Assembly: GCA_964247055.1 (NCBI GenBank) | Contig: OZ176050.1 | Coordinates: forward strand, 8,432,001-8,496,000 | Source: Paragordius varius | Taxonomy: Eukaryota; Animalia; Nematomorpha | Length of the DNA stretch: 64,000 bases | Direction of reading: 5' to 3' | In this document: piece by piece, positions 24,796 to 37,163 of the stretch | Position numbering within the stretch: the stretch's first letter is position 1 | How the letters are laid out: every line of letters begins with the position of its first letter | Made by a program: the position numbers and the translations under genes | Notes under the pieces: model-generated | Seen by the model: only the letters and a program-made list of their open reading frames with translations | The model's database searches: none | What the model was told of the DNA's origin: nothing

Positions 24796-27700
24796 AAAAT
24801 ATGAGTACACCATGTTTAGTGACCTTTATCACATGAAGCATAACAGTATTACCAATTTGTCAAATCAAGCACATTTTCAACGAAAAATTGGTAGATATTT
24901 TAAATTAATAAAAACTTAGTTGTAATAAAATAAAAACTATCTTAAAATATATTTCGAAAATAAGTAAACTAAAATATGTTTCTATTCGACTTAAAGTTCT
25001 ATTAATAATATCAGTTGGGTATAATTTATTATAACACAATAATGGGAAAACACAGTAATGCAATGGACTTAAAGAAGTTGTTGTTTATATAGGTTATATT
25101 TAATTCCGAGAAATGTATACGGATCTTATTATATATTTTTATCGTGCATTAACATATACAAATTTCTGAGAATGATGAGTGTGCATTTATAAAACAGTCA
25201 CGTAGTCTAAAACTTGTCACGTAGTATATAACATGTCACGTAAAATATTAATAACAGAAAAGTATTATAAGTATGCATTGAATAGCAACGTAATATATAA
25301 AATAGAGTTATGTTTTGTTGCATATTATATAACATCATATCATATCTCCCATCTTTAATAAGAAAGATGATCCGGAGCTTTTCGTTCCCGGCGAGGATAA
25401 CGGCTTTGTACTTCTGTCAAGTTACACTCCGACTCCACAGCTTCCGTAACTGGGATCTCTGGTACAATGTCAAGGGCGGGTTGTGACATAACAGACTTCG
25501 GTAGCTGATCGGCGTGTTTTCGCTGAATTTTGCTACCGTCATCAGTCTTGTAAGATAATAATCCTGTTCTTTCAATTACTTTTCCTTTCCGCCACCCCTC
25601 TGCTGTTTCATTTTTAATCAGAATAGCATCATCAACGTCAAATTCTCGTAAGGGGGCTCTAGTATTATCCGTAAAATCTGATGGTATTGTCTTTAACCAT
25701 GACAAGGGACCTAACAATTCTCTTTTTAGGAATAATGAGCACGGTGTTGCTCTCGTTGCACTATGAATTGCTTGCCGATAGCTCCACAAAATGGTATTCA
25801 TTGCTTCTTGCGGAGAGATGTCAGCCCTCTTCGTAGCTTTATATTTAGTTTTCAATGTGTAAATAGATCTTTCTACCAACCCATTCGTTCGTGGGTGATA
25901 CGGACTCGACGTAACATGTTTGATGTTTAAGTGTTTAAGCCTTTCATCAAATCGTGCGATACAAAATACGATGCATTATCACTTACTATCATTTTAGGAA
26001 AACCATATCTCGCAAACAATTGTTCTAAGCAATTTAAAACAGACCTGCTCGTAACTTGTTTCAATAAATTAACTTCCAACCATCTGGACGAGCTGTCAAT
26101 TGTTACCAGCCAGTAGAAATTATCAATGGGACCAGCAATATCTATGTGTATTCTTTCCCAGACGGCGGTGTTGAAATTCCATTTGTATGTTGGATTTTCC
26201 TGGACATTGGGCTTGTATCTTTGGCATGAGTCACATGTCTTCGCAAGCAATTCAATACTTTGGCCCAAGTCTGGCCAATATACACTGTGGCGCGCAAGGG
26301 ACTTCATGGTACTTATCCCTGGGTGTCCAGTGTGAAAGTAGTTTAGGACTTCATTTTGCATGGATCTAGGAACAATGAGTTTATCCTCCAAATAAACTAA
26401 ACCATACGATGCTTGGATAGCGTTGCGATGTGATTGATACTTTTTTAGATCTGGATCATCCCAATTGTTGGAATTTAATGCAATTTTTAATTTTTTTATC
26501 ACCGGGTCCTTATTGGACTGAACTAATACATTTTTTTTATTAATGTTCAAATCGTTCATAGATAAGAACCGAATTTTTTCAGCTACAGCATGATCATCAT
26601 CCATTTCAGGATCGTCGATTGCTAATCTTGATAGGGGATCAGCTAAAGTTTGAACCCCTTTATTGAAATGAATAGTATAATCATACCCCGATATTTTATA
26701 AATCCAACGTAATAATTTTATATTAGTGACTCCGGTTAAGTTCCGGTCTTCCCCAAATAATTTAATCAGTGGTTTATGATCAGTCAATATTTTAAAAGAT
26801 CTCCCATATATGAAAGGGTGAAATTTGTTTACCGCGAACAAAATCGCCTTGGCCTCTCTTTCGATCGTCGAATAATGTTTTTCAGAATTTAAACATTTCC
26901 TGGATGCGAAGGAGATTAGCCGCTTGCCATCTTCGGTTACATGGAAAAGGATGGCACCCAAACCTTCGTTTGAAGCATCGGTCTCAATCAATAATGGCAA
27001 TTGCGGATTGTACGGAATCAGTTCCACAAAATTTGCTATTAGTTGTTTTGACAGTGCAAATTGTTTATCATGAATATTCTCCCATTTCCATGGAATTTTG
27101 TTTCCAGTTAAAGTGTGCAGATCACTTATGACTGAATGTAATCTTGGAATAAATTTTTCATGAAAGTTTAATAGTCCTAAAAAGGACTGTAATGTTGTTT
27201 TATCCTTTGGAACAGGACGTTTCAAAATAGCTTTGATTTTTTCATCCGTTGGCTTAATACCTCTTTTAGATATTTCGTATCCCATGTAGGATACTTTTTC
27301 CTGGAAGAATTTCATTTTATCCGGTTGCAAACGGAATCCGGCCTGTTCAAGTTTCTCCAACACATGCTCAAGATTTGCTTTGTGTTGAGTGTCTGTATTG
27401 CCGGTTACCAGAACATCATCCAGATAAGCACAAACGCCTGTGCAATCATCCAGAATTTGATCCATAACTCGTTGAAATATCATTGGAGCATTTGTGAGCC
27501 CGAAAGGTAATCGTTTATACGTAAAGTAACATCTGTGTGTTGTAATTGTCAGAATATTAGAGCATTCTTTATCAACCGGTAGTTGTAAGTAGGCATCCTT
27601 GAGATTTAAAACTGAAAATGAATGTCCATTTCCGATTTTACCCAATAATTGATCAAATTTCGGAATGATATGAGAATCTTTTGATAGATAAGGATTGATT

Positions 27701-30700
27701 GTGACACAAAAATCGGCGCAGATACGAGCCTCCCCATTGGATTTTAACACGTTGACCGTTGGGGTTGCCCAAGATATCTCAGTTGTTGTTGGGTCTATTG
27801 GTTCTATAATCCCAAAATCTAACAATCTATTCAATTCATTTTCTACCAATGGTTGCAATGATAGAGGAACTATACGGCATGGAAAAGCTTTTGCTTTTGC
27901 ATCCGGTGTCAAAAAAATTTTGATCGGATTGCCGTTGTATCAACCAAGTTCCTTTGAGAATAGTTTTGGAAATATTTTGGTCAGCTCCATCTTCTCATTA
28001 GAATTTATATTATTGATTACACCTTTTGGAAAAGGTAGCTTGTACGCTTTTATCCAAGGTAATCCAAAAATTGGATCAAAATTGCTTTTAGTTACGATAC
28101 ATGGTAACGTTTTCTTTTCATTGTAAAACGTCACAGTGACCATAGTTTTCCCTAAGATTGTTATCTTATTATTATCATACGTGGTTATTTGATCGGACCA
28201 CGTTAACTTAGGGCTACCGATCTGCTTCCATATTTGTTGACTTATGAGACAGCAGTCAGCACCGGTATCGAAAATCATATCTATCATATTATTGTTGATC
28301 TTCACTTTTATTTTAGGGGTAGTGGCCGCTTTTATAGATCTAATTTGATCTAAATTTCTCACCAACTTTGTTTTGCACATTGAACTAAAGTGGTTATTTT
28401 TGTTGCAATTGTAGCACGTTTTGCCCCAAGCCGCCAATTTTTGGATTACCTTGGATAAAAGCGTACAAGCTACCTTTTCCAAAAGGTGTAATCAATAATA
28501 TAAATTCTAATGAGAAGATGGAGCTGACCAAAATATTTCCAAAACTATTCTCAAAGGAACTTGGTTGTTACAACGGCAATCCCATCCTCGTCGCCAAATA
28601 ATATCAGTTGGGTATAATTTATTATAACACAATATTGGGAAAACACAGTAATGCAATGGACTTAAAGAAGTTGTTGTTTATATAGGTTATATTTAATTCC
28701 GAGAAAGGTATACGGATCTTATTATATATTTTTATCGTCCATTAACATATACAAATTTCTGAGAATGATGAGTGTGCATTTATAAAACAGTCACGTAGTC
28801 TAAAACTTGTCACGTAGTATATAACATGTCACGTAAAATATTAATAACAGAAAAGTATTATAAGTATGCATTGAATAGCAACGTAATATATAAAATAGAG
28901 TTATGTTTTGTTGCATATTATATAACATCATATCAATTAATACATAGAATAATAATCCAGGACACGTACAATTTTTACCAAATAAAAACCTGTTTAAAAT
29001 AATAACAATAATAGAAAACTTTGTAAAATGTTATTTTGAAAAAAAATATTTATCCGTGGAAGTTCAACTTTTTACCTGTAAAATTGGGGAACAGCTGCCA
29101 CCACTCTTGATTTTTGGGTAGGAGAAGCTCGACAAATCACGACACAATGAGCCGATAAAGCAGCTTCCATGAACTCTGATTCGAAATACGTCATGCAAAT
29201 CTAGCATTGTATTAAATTTTAAACAAACTTATCCATTAAAAAGATACTGCATGTACGTTTATTTAGATAGTTTTACGACAATTATAATTATTATTATCAT
29301 ATAGAACATTCCGTTCTCGCTGGCAAAATTTATTTTTGAGGTTAATATAATTTATTGAAATTAAATTAAATTTTACTTAGTATTGAATAAATGGTAATTT
29401 ATACTTGGGCCTAATGATATGATTAAATTTAAAAATATTTTTATAAAAGAAAGAGTATAATAAGCCATTTATACACCAAGATGATACCTCAAGAACTGGC
29501 CCTGTCATAATAAATGAATTTCCTGTATTACTCAAACTGGATTCACGAGCTCGCAAACCTTTATACGATACGAGTTCTCTATGTACTAATTCTCGTAACG
29601 CAAAACTGTGAGCTTTATGATTCTGTTGATCATCATATTTGCCCTTAGGGTTAATTGGTTCGCTTTTTATACCGGAATCTGTAGAAAAAAAATTTAATAA
29701 GTTTCTATGAAAATACCTGTTTTATATTTAAAAATATAATAAAATTTATATATTATGAGTGACGATCACTTCGAAGTAGTCTCAAAAATGGAAGATTAAA
29801 AAAATAGAAAATCTATAAAAAGAATCTTATCTCAATTTTCCATAATTATTTAACCCACTATCACGGATTACATATATATATATATATATATTAATAACAT
29901 TTAAAAAGCCAATAAGGCTCCAAATCAAAAATCTTCCAAACCTAGCCTAACTTATGCGATATACAATAGAAAAAAGTGTTTTAATTAATACCTGCAGTGG
30001 TAGGTTCTACATCAAAAGATACATCATGAGAAGCACCAATATCGGTGAAAACAAAAAGCGATTGATTAGTCCGTTGTATTAGATGGGAGCTTTTAGCAAT
30101 ACATATAGCCGTTTCCAGTTTATCTCCTGTTAACATCCATATCTAGAGATAAATTATTAAAACGCATTTTATTGATATTAGAAGTAACAATCATAATAAT
30201 TAAATATGGTTTAAGGGACCAAACTTTAATTCCAGCATTTCGTAACATTTCCAAAGCATGGGGTACCCCATCTTGCAATTTATCCTCAACTCCGGTAATT
30301 CCTAACACCTCAAATCTAAAGTGTTCCGCAATAAAATTATATTTTTTAAAAAAACTTTCCCCATTAAATTATTGTTTTGCAAAAAAATCCATACTTTCCA
30401 CCCTTAACCAATTGGTAAATGTGATTAGTATCTTTATCCGTGTTCAAATTTTCATCAAACATTTCAGCTTTATGTGATGATATTGAAGATAAATCATATG
30501 TGGTAGAAAATTGGTTTGTATTATTATTTTTATTGTCAAAATCATGTTTTTCAACAATACCCATACGAAGTGATGCATTCTCAAACGAATTCATAAATGT
30601 TTGATATTGTTCCTGGCTTAATTTATTACGGCCAATAACTAGTGTCCTTAATCCTTCCCTTGCTAAATTACCGCTTTCTTCATCTATCCAATCAAAGACT

Positions 30701-33700
30701 AAACATTTAAAAAATATATTTTATTAAATTATCTTACTAGCTGAAAAAAATTCTTAATAATTTTAAATAAAAATACTATTGAACAGCTTATTTTAATCAG
30801 AATCATCTCTGTAATTGTACAAATTAAACTGATAATTATAATGATTTTACATACCAATTTCATATAAATTATTAATCTATTCTTATTAAATGTTTGTCAA
30901 ATACAACTGGTTACCACATTTTATATATTTTGGGCTGCAAAAATAAAGACAACATGGTTTATCCTGAAAAAATGAATTATAACGATTGAAACAACCAAAT
31001 AAAGTACCGCTGTTAAATGCGTCAATTCCATCACTCCTTTTTCTTTGATGCATCATATCTATAATTAAAAAGTCAAAATTTCATAAATTCAAAAGATAAA
31101 CAAAAACACTTATATATGTTTACTTTTCAAAAAATAAGTTAATATTCTAAAATAACGATAAAATCATAGCGCTGCGTAAAAAGCAAAAATTGTTTAATAC
31201 CAAAAGCTTTTTTTAAGCCATGATGCGAATGAGCTCTATTACTCCCCAAAGAGTATGATGCCATTTTTGAAATGATTGAATCCGCTCCCTTCACGTAAAA
31301 CAAGATATTTCCATCAGTTGTTTCTAATTACAAATATAATTACCCTGCTAAAAATTGTGTTAATCAATATTACACTCTTTGCAAACAACAAATTCAATAA
31401 AATAACTATGGTTTGGAAAATATTATAAAATAATCACCCGTATCTAATTTTACAATGATTCCCATCATTTTTCTTTCAGAACTAAATGGTATTAGCTTCA
31501 AAACTTTGTACGATAATATTTGACCACACGGAGTTTCAATTTTCAAAGAGTTTGTATCCCTGTATATCAATTTCATGCCGACTTTGTGCGCCCATGTAAC
31601 TAAAGCCACCTTTAAAACAAATCCCAAAAACATTTATTTTGTCAAATACCCTAATCATATACTTAAATTTGTAGATAAGAACTCGTTTCCGTGTATTTTA
31701 ATAAATGCAAATAAACTAATAGAATATAGTGTATCCTCTTAATTTTAAATATAGGTATAAAACATTATTAAATATGGCAAAAACATTAAGTTTTATGATT
31801 GGTTGAAATCAGCCTTTATACCTCGTCAGGACTTGAAGCTTGGTAACTAGTTATAATATCTTCTTGTTGGGGTTCAACAACACTCAAGTCTTGGGTAGGA
31901 AGGACAGTTTGAAGTTGTTTAGATGATGAGGTATTAACCAAATTTGGGGATAAAATCATGGTTGAAGAACTAATGTTTGTGTTTGAGTTGGTTGTCCTAT
32001 ACACTGGAGTTGATAAAAGATGCGAGGTAGAATCACATGTTGAATTATTGGATAAGACAGAATCGGTTAAACTATCACGGTTATTGGGATCACTTTGGTG
32101 CTGAGATGATGTATTTGGATTAGTTAATTGAATTGAAGGAGTATTGGTTGATGGTGTGGTTATGTTTATTGGTACTAGCGTAGTATAAGTAAAATAGTAA
32201 TGGAAATAATATAACTAAGATTAGTTGAACCGTGACTGTTAACGATAACTTTAGGAATTTTGAGATCATTTGGGTTAGAATAATGGTATAAAACGAATAT
32301 TTAATGTGAAAAAATATGATAACTTAATAATTCTAATATGATTTATTTTCGTTGTGTGTTACTTTATTCAACATATATTTCCATTTGTTGTATTAATAAC
32401 TATTAAAACCGCAAAAAACTGTATTCCTAAGAGGCCCCCCAGGTTTTATTTATGACCGATCAAACACCTAGCCCTAAACATCCTTTCATATTGCAAAACT
32501 TATCTCATTTAATCAATCAAATTTATAATGAAATTTAATAGAGTTACAATTTGTGGTGTATTCGGTTGGCATGGCCTTTTTGTTTCTTCCAAATAATACG
32601 GATAGAGTATCTTTTAATTGTCCTAATTTCCAAGGAATTATAGACGAGGGATTTGCTTGTGACGATGTCTTATGTAATATGCTGTTTTCAGACATATTTT
32701 GACCATCTATTGGACTATGTGAGGTATAAATTGGCGTTACATTATTACAAATGCAGAGAGCTAAAACCGTTTCATATAAGTCGAGTAATTCAGTCGGTTG
32801 CATATCTTGCTCCATTGGATAATTAGGTTGTAGCAAAGTTTGTTGTTTGTGAGGTGAATGCAAGATGGTCTGAGTTATTTTACTACCTTGGGTTAAAATA
32901 AACAATCATAAAATATCAATAAATATGTGTAAAATTGATTCAACTAATTATCAGAATATTTTGTCTTAATAAAAAATATTATTAATATTTTTAAAAAATC
33001 CAACCCATTTTAAATAATGCAATCTTATTTTAGTTGAAGAATAAATATTATTTTATTTAGATATAAAAGTTATTTTTTTTCCTTACGCGTCAAAAAGTTA
33101 AGCTGTTCTATCGTTAAAGGGCACTTTTTACTATTTTTTTTTTATTTTTTTAGGTGTGTGCATATGGTATATAGAAAATTATTCATTATTATACTTTGAG
33201 TATTGTTGTTGGTGGATAAATTGATGTCATAAAAACTATTATTTGGACTAGGGTAATCACTGGTTGGAGTTTCTCCATTAACGCTTAACAGAGGAAACTT
33301 GCTCAAACTATTTGGATCAGATGTCATTTTCTATATCAATAAAATATGGATAAAGATTTATATACAGTCGTACGTTTTTTGGTTAAAAAATACAGAAAAA
33401 TGCACTAAAAAAATTATTATCGATATAAAAATGCGAAAAAACCGCACAAAACAGTCATTTCTATTTATGAACATGTAAAATGGGTATATTTTAAAAACGC
33501 ATATACGGAAAATAAAAAAAATTAAAATATGTTCATAAATAGTATTGCACAAAAAGGATTAAAAAAAGTCTTTTTTTATAAAAGAGGAAAAAAAATGGAT
33601 TAATTAACAGAAATACTCCGCATAAAGTCACATTTTTATTGATAATTTATATATTACCTATTATAACAATTCATAACTACTATAAAAATAATAAAATTTA

Positions 33701-36700
33701 TATAATTTTATCCGTGTAGAATGTAAAAACCTTTGATGATGAAAAAAATAATTGTTCAGCCAATTTGAGTTGATGGTTAACATACGAGTCTGCATCCGTA
33801 GGCCAACAAATCGAACGGCCAGAAGATCCAAGGTATAAACGTTTAAAAACCATTTCATTTTTTGTTAAGGTCCCAGTCTTGTCCGTAAATAAATAACGTA
33901 TGCGACCTGTTTGCCAAAATAATTTAGTCAAAAGAATAAGCGAAATCAATGATCATAAAACTATCAACATTATTAAATTATGTTTAAACTTAAAATACTT
34001 TGTCAAAAAGGAATTTATTAACTTTTATTAATATAATTATATATAGTGTAGTAAAATATTACCTAATTCCTCGGGTATAGTAGTGTTTCGTACGACGTTT
34101 CCTAATTAATAGCATTACAATTAAAATATGTTGGCAGAAAAAAATATATCAAACTTTTTTTTAGAAAAAATGCAGACGACTCTTTATTTGTGAGGTAAAT
34201 TGCATAAAATATAAAAACATTAGAATTCATTCTCAAGCTCCTTGTACATACAATTTTTTTAATCCATAAAAATATTAATAATATACCTGGCATATCCTTA
34301 TCTTTCGTAATCATGTAGGCATAAGCCATTTTAGCCAAATCCAAATTAACCCGTAAACTAATTGGGATAATGTAACTGAAAAGCAAAATAAAGCGGACAA
34401 AATAACGGTACCAAGGTCCTGAAAATCCTTTGAGAACCATTAAGAGTATCGATAAAGTAAGTACCGACATGAAAAGTATTTTAGTTAATTGATTAATTTC
34501 CAGATCTGTCAGTCCAACCTAAAGTAATAAATGTTAAAAAATATTATTTAAGGCATGAGTTCCCTACATGGCTTCGCGGACCGCATTGATAAGTTTAAAT
34601 TTAGTTATTATTTAGTTAAATAAACTTCAGTTAAAAAACATTATTATAATCGTAAAAGTTAAACTGGAATCCAAATTTTTAATTATCTTTTCACATTTCT
34701 TAAAAAAAGCAGGCCGCAATATTGCGGGCCGAGTGTTACCCTGATTTAAGTCATTAAAAAATTGTGTTAACGTATATATTTTATTTCGTCTAAATCTGTA
34801 TAAACTTTGCTCCTAGGCTGTGATGTGTTCATACAACTACGTGTCTCACGCCCCGTGTATATAACTAAGCCAAGCACCGAACCTTCAGAGGCTAAAATAC
34901 AGGAAGACCATATGGTATGTTCAATGTTCAAATTTTCTTTATGTATAAGGCGTTGTTGAGTATTGGAAAAAACACTTTTTTCAACAAAATTTTTCTTTTT
35001 TTGCAAACTGTAATCGGGTTTTGTTGCGGAAGATGAGGGTAAAGTTGAGTAAGATTTTTCATTCGTAAATGCTTGGCTAAACTAATAGACCAAATGGACA
35101 TATAAAAATTAAAATTTAATTTATAATTAGGTCATTTACAAATATTTATTTTATATCAGCATTGTTGAAACTTTTAGATAACATTAGTTATAAAAGTTAA
35201 CAATTCGCCTATTTTGCGAAAATAAGCATATTAATATTTAAAGTTCGAATTTAAAAAATAGAAGACTATTTTCGTCCAATAATTTTTTGGGAAAATAACA
35301 AATTAAAATTATTATTTAAACGTAACAAATGGTACATACTGCATGGAATGTGCCATTGAAAGTATTTATATCCTTTTTGGGTATTTCCACATTAACTTTC
35401 ATGGTGAGTGGAAGGTTATAGATTGAAGTATTGAAGATGGGTTGGGGAATATTATTTTGGTTCATAGAATTAATATCATGTTTGGAGATGATATCTAGCG
35501 ATTTAGGTTTCTGAGTGTCAGCGGTTAAGATTGGAGGACGCTGATGATTATGATAAAAATTTTGTATGTTCGTTTGACAATATGAAATGGCTTTTCTCGC
35601 TTTCCAATCCGTTTCCCCATCCAATTGATCTGTGCGAATGAAACAGGAACCATTCGATTCTGAAGTTTGTAAAAGCAAGATATCGGCTGGTATTCGTTGA
35701 TTCTAAAGAGTAGAGATATCAAAGGAAAATATCGTATGTAAACACTGGCATAGAAATTTTGGATTACATGAAAAAATGTCTATTTTATTCCAATTAAATT
35801 ATTTAAATTAAAAGAGATATAATTAAGCAAAATGCAGTGTAAAAATAAATTTGTAGAATAATCGACATCATATAGTATTAAAAATATGTAAAAATCTAAA
35901 ATATTTAATACTACGGCTTCAAAATATAATTTTATTGCTAAATACCTTATTTAAAAAATTCTCAAATACTTACCATGAGTGTAAGTACATTCCCTTCTTA
36001 ATCTATAATATTTTTCTAATAGTATAAATGATATTGACTATTTTGAATTATCGCATTTTTATGGAGTTTATATTCATAAATATATAATGTTAATAAATAT
36101 TTTTTTCGCTGTTTTATTATACGAAAATGTTTGAAAATAATAAAAGCATGCAAAACAAATTTAATCACACTAGACACACCCACAATATAAAAAAACTTCG
36201 GCAATTATTTTGGGTGTAATATTGTATCATATAAAGAATCCCCTTTTTCTGGAACAGAAATTATTTTTAAAACCGTTTAAAAACCCAAAGCGGTTCATAA
36301 TTCCAAAAAAATGATCATTTGTGAATAATTCTTTTATTTAATGAATTTTTTTGATAAGGTTTTCCGTAAATTTGATAGAATGGCATTCAGAACCATTCAA
36401 CCAAAAAACGCAACTTAAAATTTCTGTTTATTTTTATAATTTTTAAATTCAAGTTAATTTATAATATTAAATAATTAAAACTGCCATCGAATTATAATTA
36501 TATAGAAAAAAAGAATTCAAACAAAAACTATATATTTACCTTATTAATTAAAAGTATATCCCCAACTTTTATATTAGAGCTTTGAATGCATTCGGTGGCT
36601 ATAACATTGTAGTTCTGATCGATAATAATTTTATCGTATTTTGATGAATTCACCTCTTTATCCCGTTGATGACGTCTAAAATCATCTATTGCCTCTCTAA

Positions 36701-37127
36701 TCATAGTTACCATTAAAACAAAACACTATAATATATTAAAATGTATACCAAAGGCCCCCAATACGTATATAAATATCCAATTTTTACTTGGTTAATAAAT
36801 TGCGTGAGAGCAACAGTTAGGAAATATAAATTGAGAAAAAATTTGAATTGATTGTACAAAACCTTAATTCTTAAACATAAAAATTTACCAATGGAATAAA
36901 TGTGAAAAAATTATATTTCTGATTATTTATGGCGTTTCCACAATACCCATTAAGATTATAACCAATATAGATAGCCCGTGGATCATAATCCTTTTTGCCA
37001 AAACATCTGCTTATATTAACAAATAATTTTAATACTTAAATGGTTTTGTACGGCTGGATTTGTCCAAAAGATGGGCTTGCTCATTAAAATTTCTCATAGA
37101 TATTTCTTCATTCTTTTTGTGCATCAT
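21701..37127 (-). CDS. ATP9: P4-ATPase phospholipid flippase, class II (ATP9-like), multi-exon
   Basis: Exons encode [37 protein letters not shown] (phosphorylation site, about 33870), [49 protein letters not shown] and C-terminal [12 protein letters not shown]; probable ATG at 37127 (or 37124). Not every internal junction was resolved. Confidence 0.93.
22272..22619. mobile_element. MITE family D (TACCATTT terminus, 21-bp subterminal repeats) in an ATP9 intron
   Basis: CAATTCAAATTCACCCTTGAA-like 21-bp units at the left, inverted at the right, ending GTAAATGGTA|TA; homologous to 61277-61586; left end degenerate. Confidence 0.75.
24186..24272 (-). mobile_element. Degenerate copy of the tRNA-derived SINE
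   Basis: Minus strand AAACTGTACAATTTTTCCATCATTTGGCTGTCAGCCC aligns with the SINE body GAAACTATACAATTTTTTCATCATCAATGTCAGCCC at about 45380 and 42450. Confidence 0.5.
24734..24791. repeat. (TA)n microsatellite
   Basis: About 29 perfect TA units. Confidence 0.95.
25006..28935 (-). mobile_element. Ty3/Gypsy LTR retrotransposon, defective, in an ATP9 intron
   Basis: Two 337-bp LTRs (25006-25342, 28599-28935; 3 mismatches seen), 5-bp TSD ATTAA, PBS TGGCGACGAG next to the 5' LTR, polypurine tract AAAGATGGGAGA before the 3' LTR, domain order PR-RT-RNaseH-IN. Confidence 0.96.
25355..28433 (-). pseudogene. Gypsy gag-knuckle/pol, disrupted
   Basis: [14 protein letters not shown] knuckle, FDTGAD protease, YLDD RT, TDAS..DHKPL RNase H, HTGHPG..CDSC zinc finger, HIDIAGP/SDNA/NGLVER integrase; one TGA at 27940-27942 and a -1 frameshift at about 25950; most of gag is missing. 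Confidence 0.93.
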
Positions 37128-37163
37128 ATGGTTACATTTTAAAGATCTTTCGGTTCATACCAC

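Noticed and set aside
25931-28126. Plus-strand ORFs within the Gypsy element
   Set aside because: Antisense shadows of pol.
34550-34745. Possible small hAT-type MITE (GCGGGCCG..GTTACCCTG)
   Set aside because: Only one end is recognisable and no TSD could be matched.
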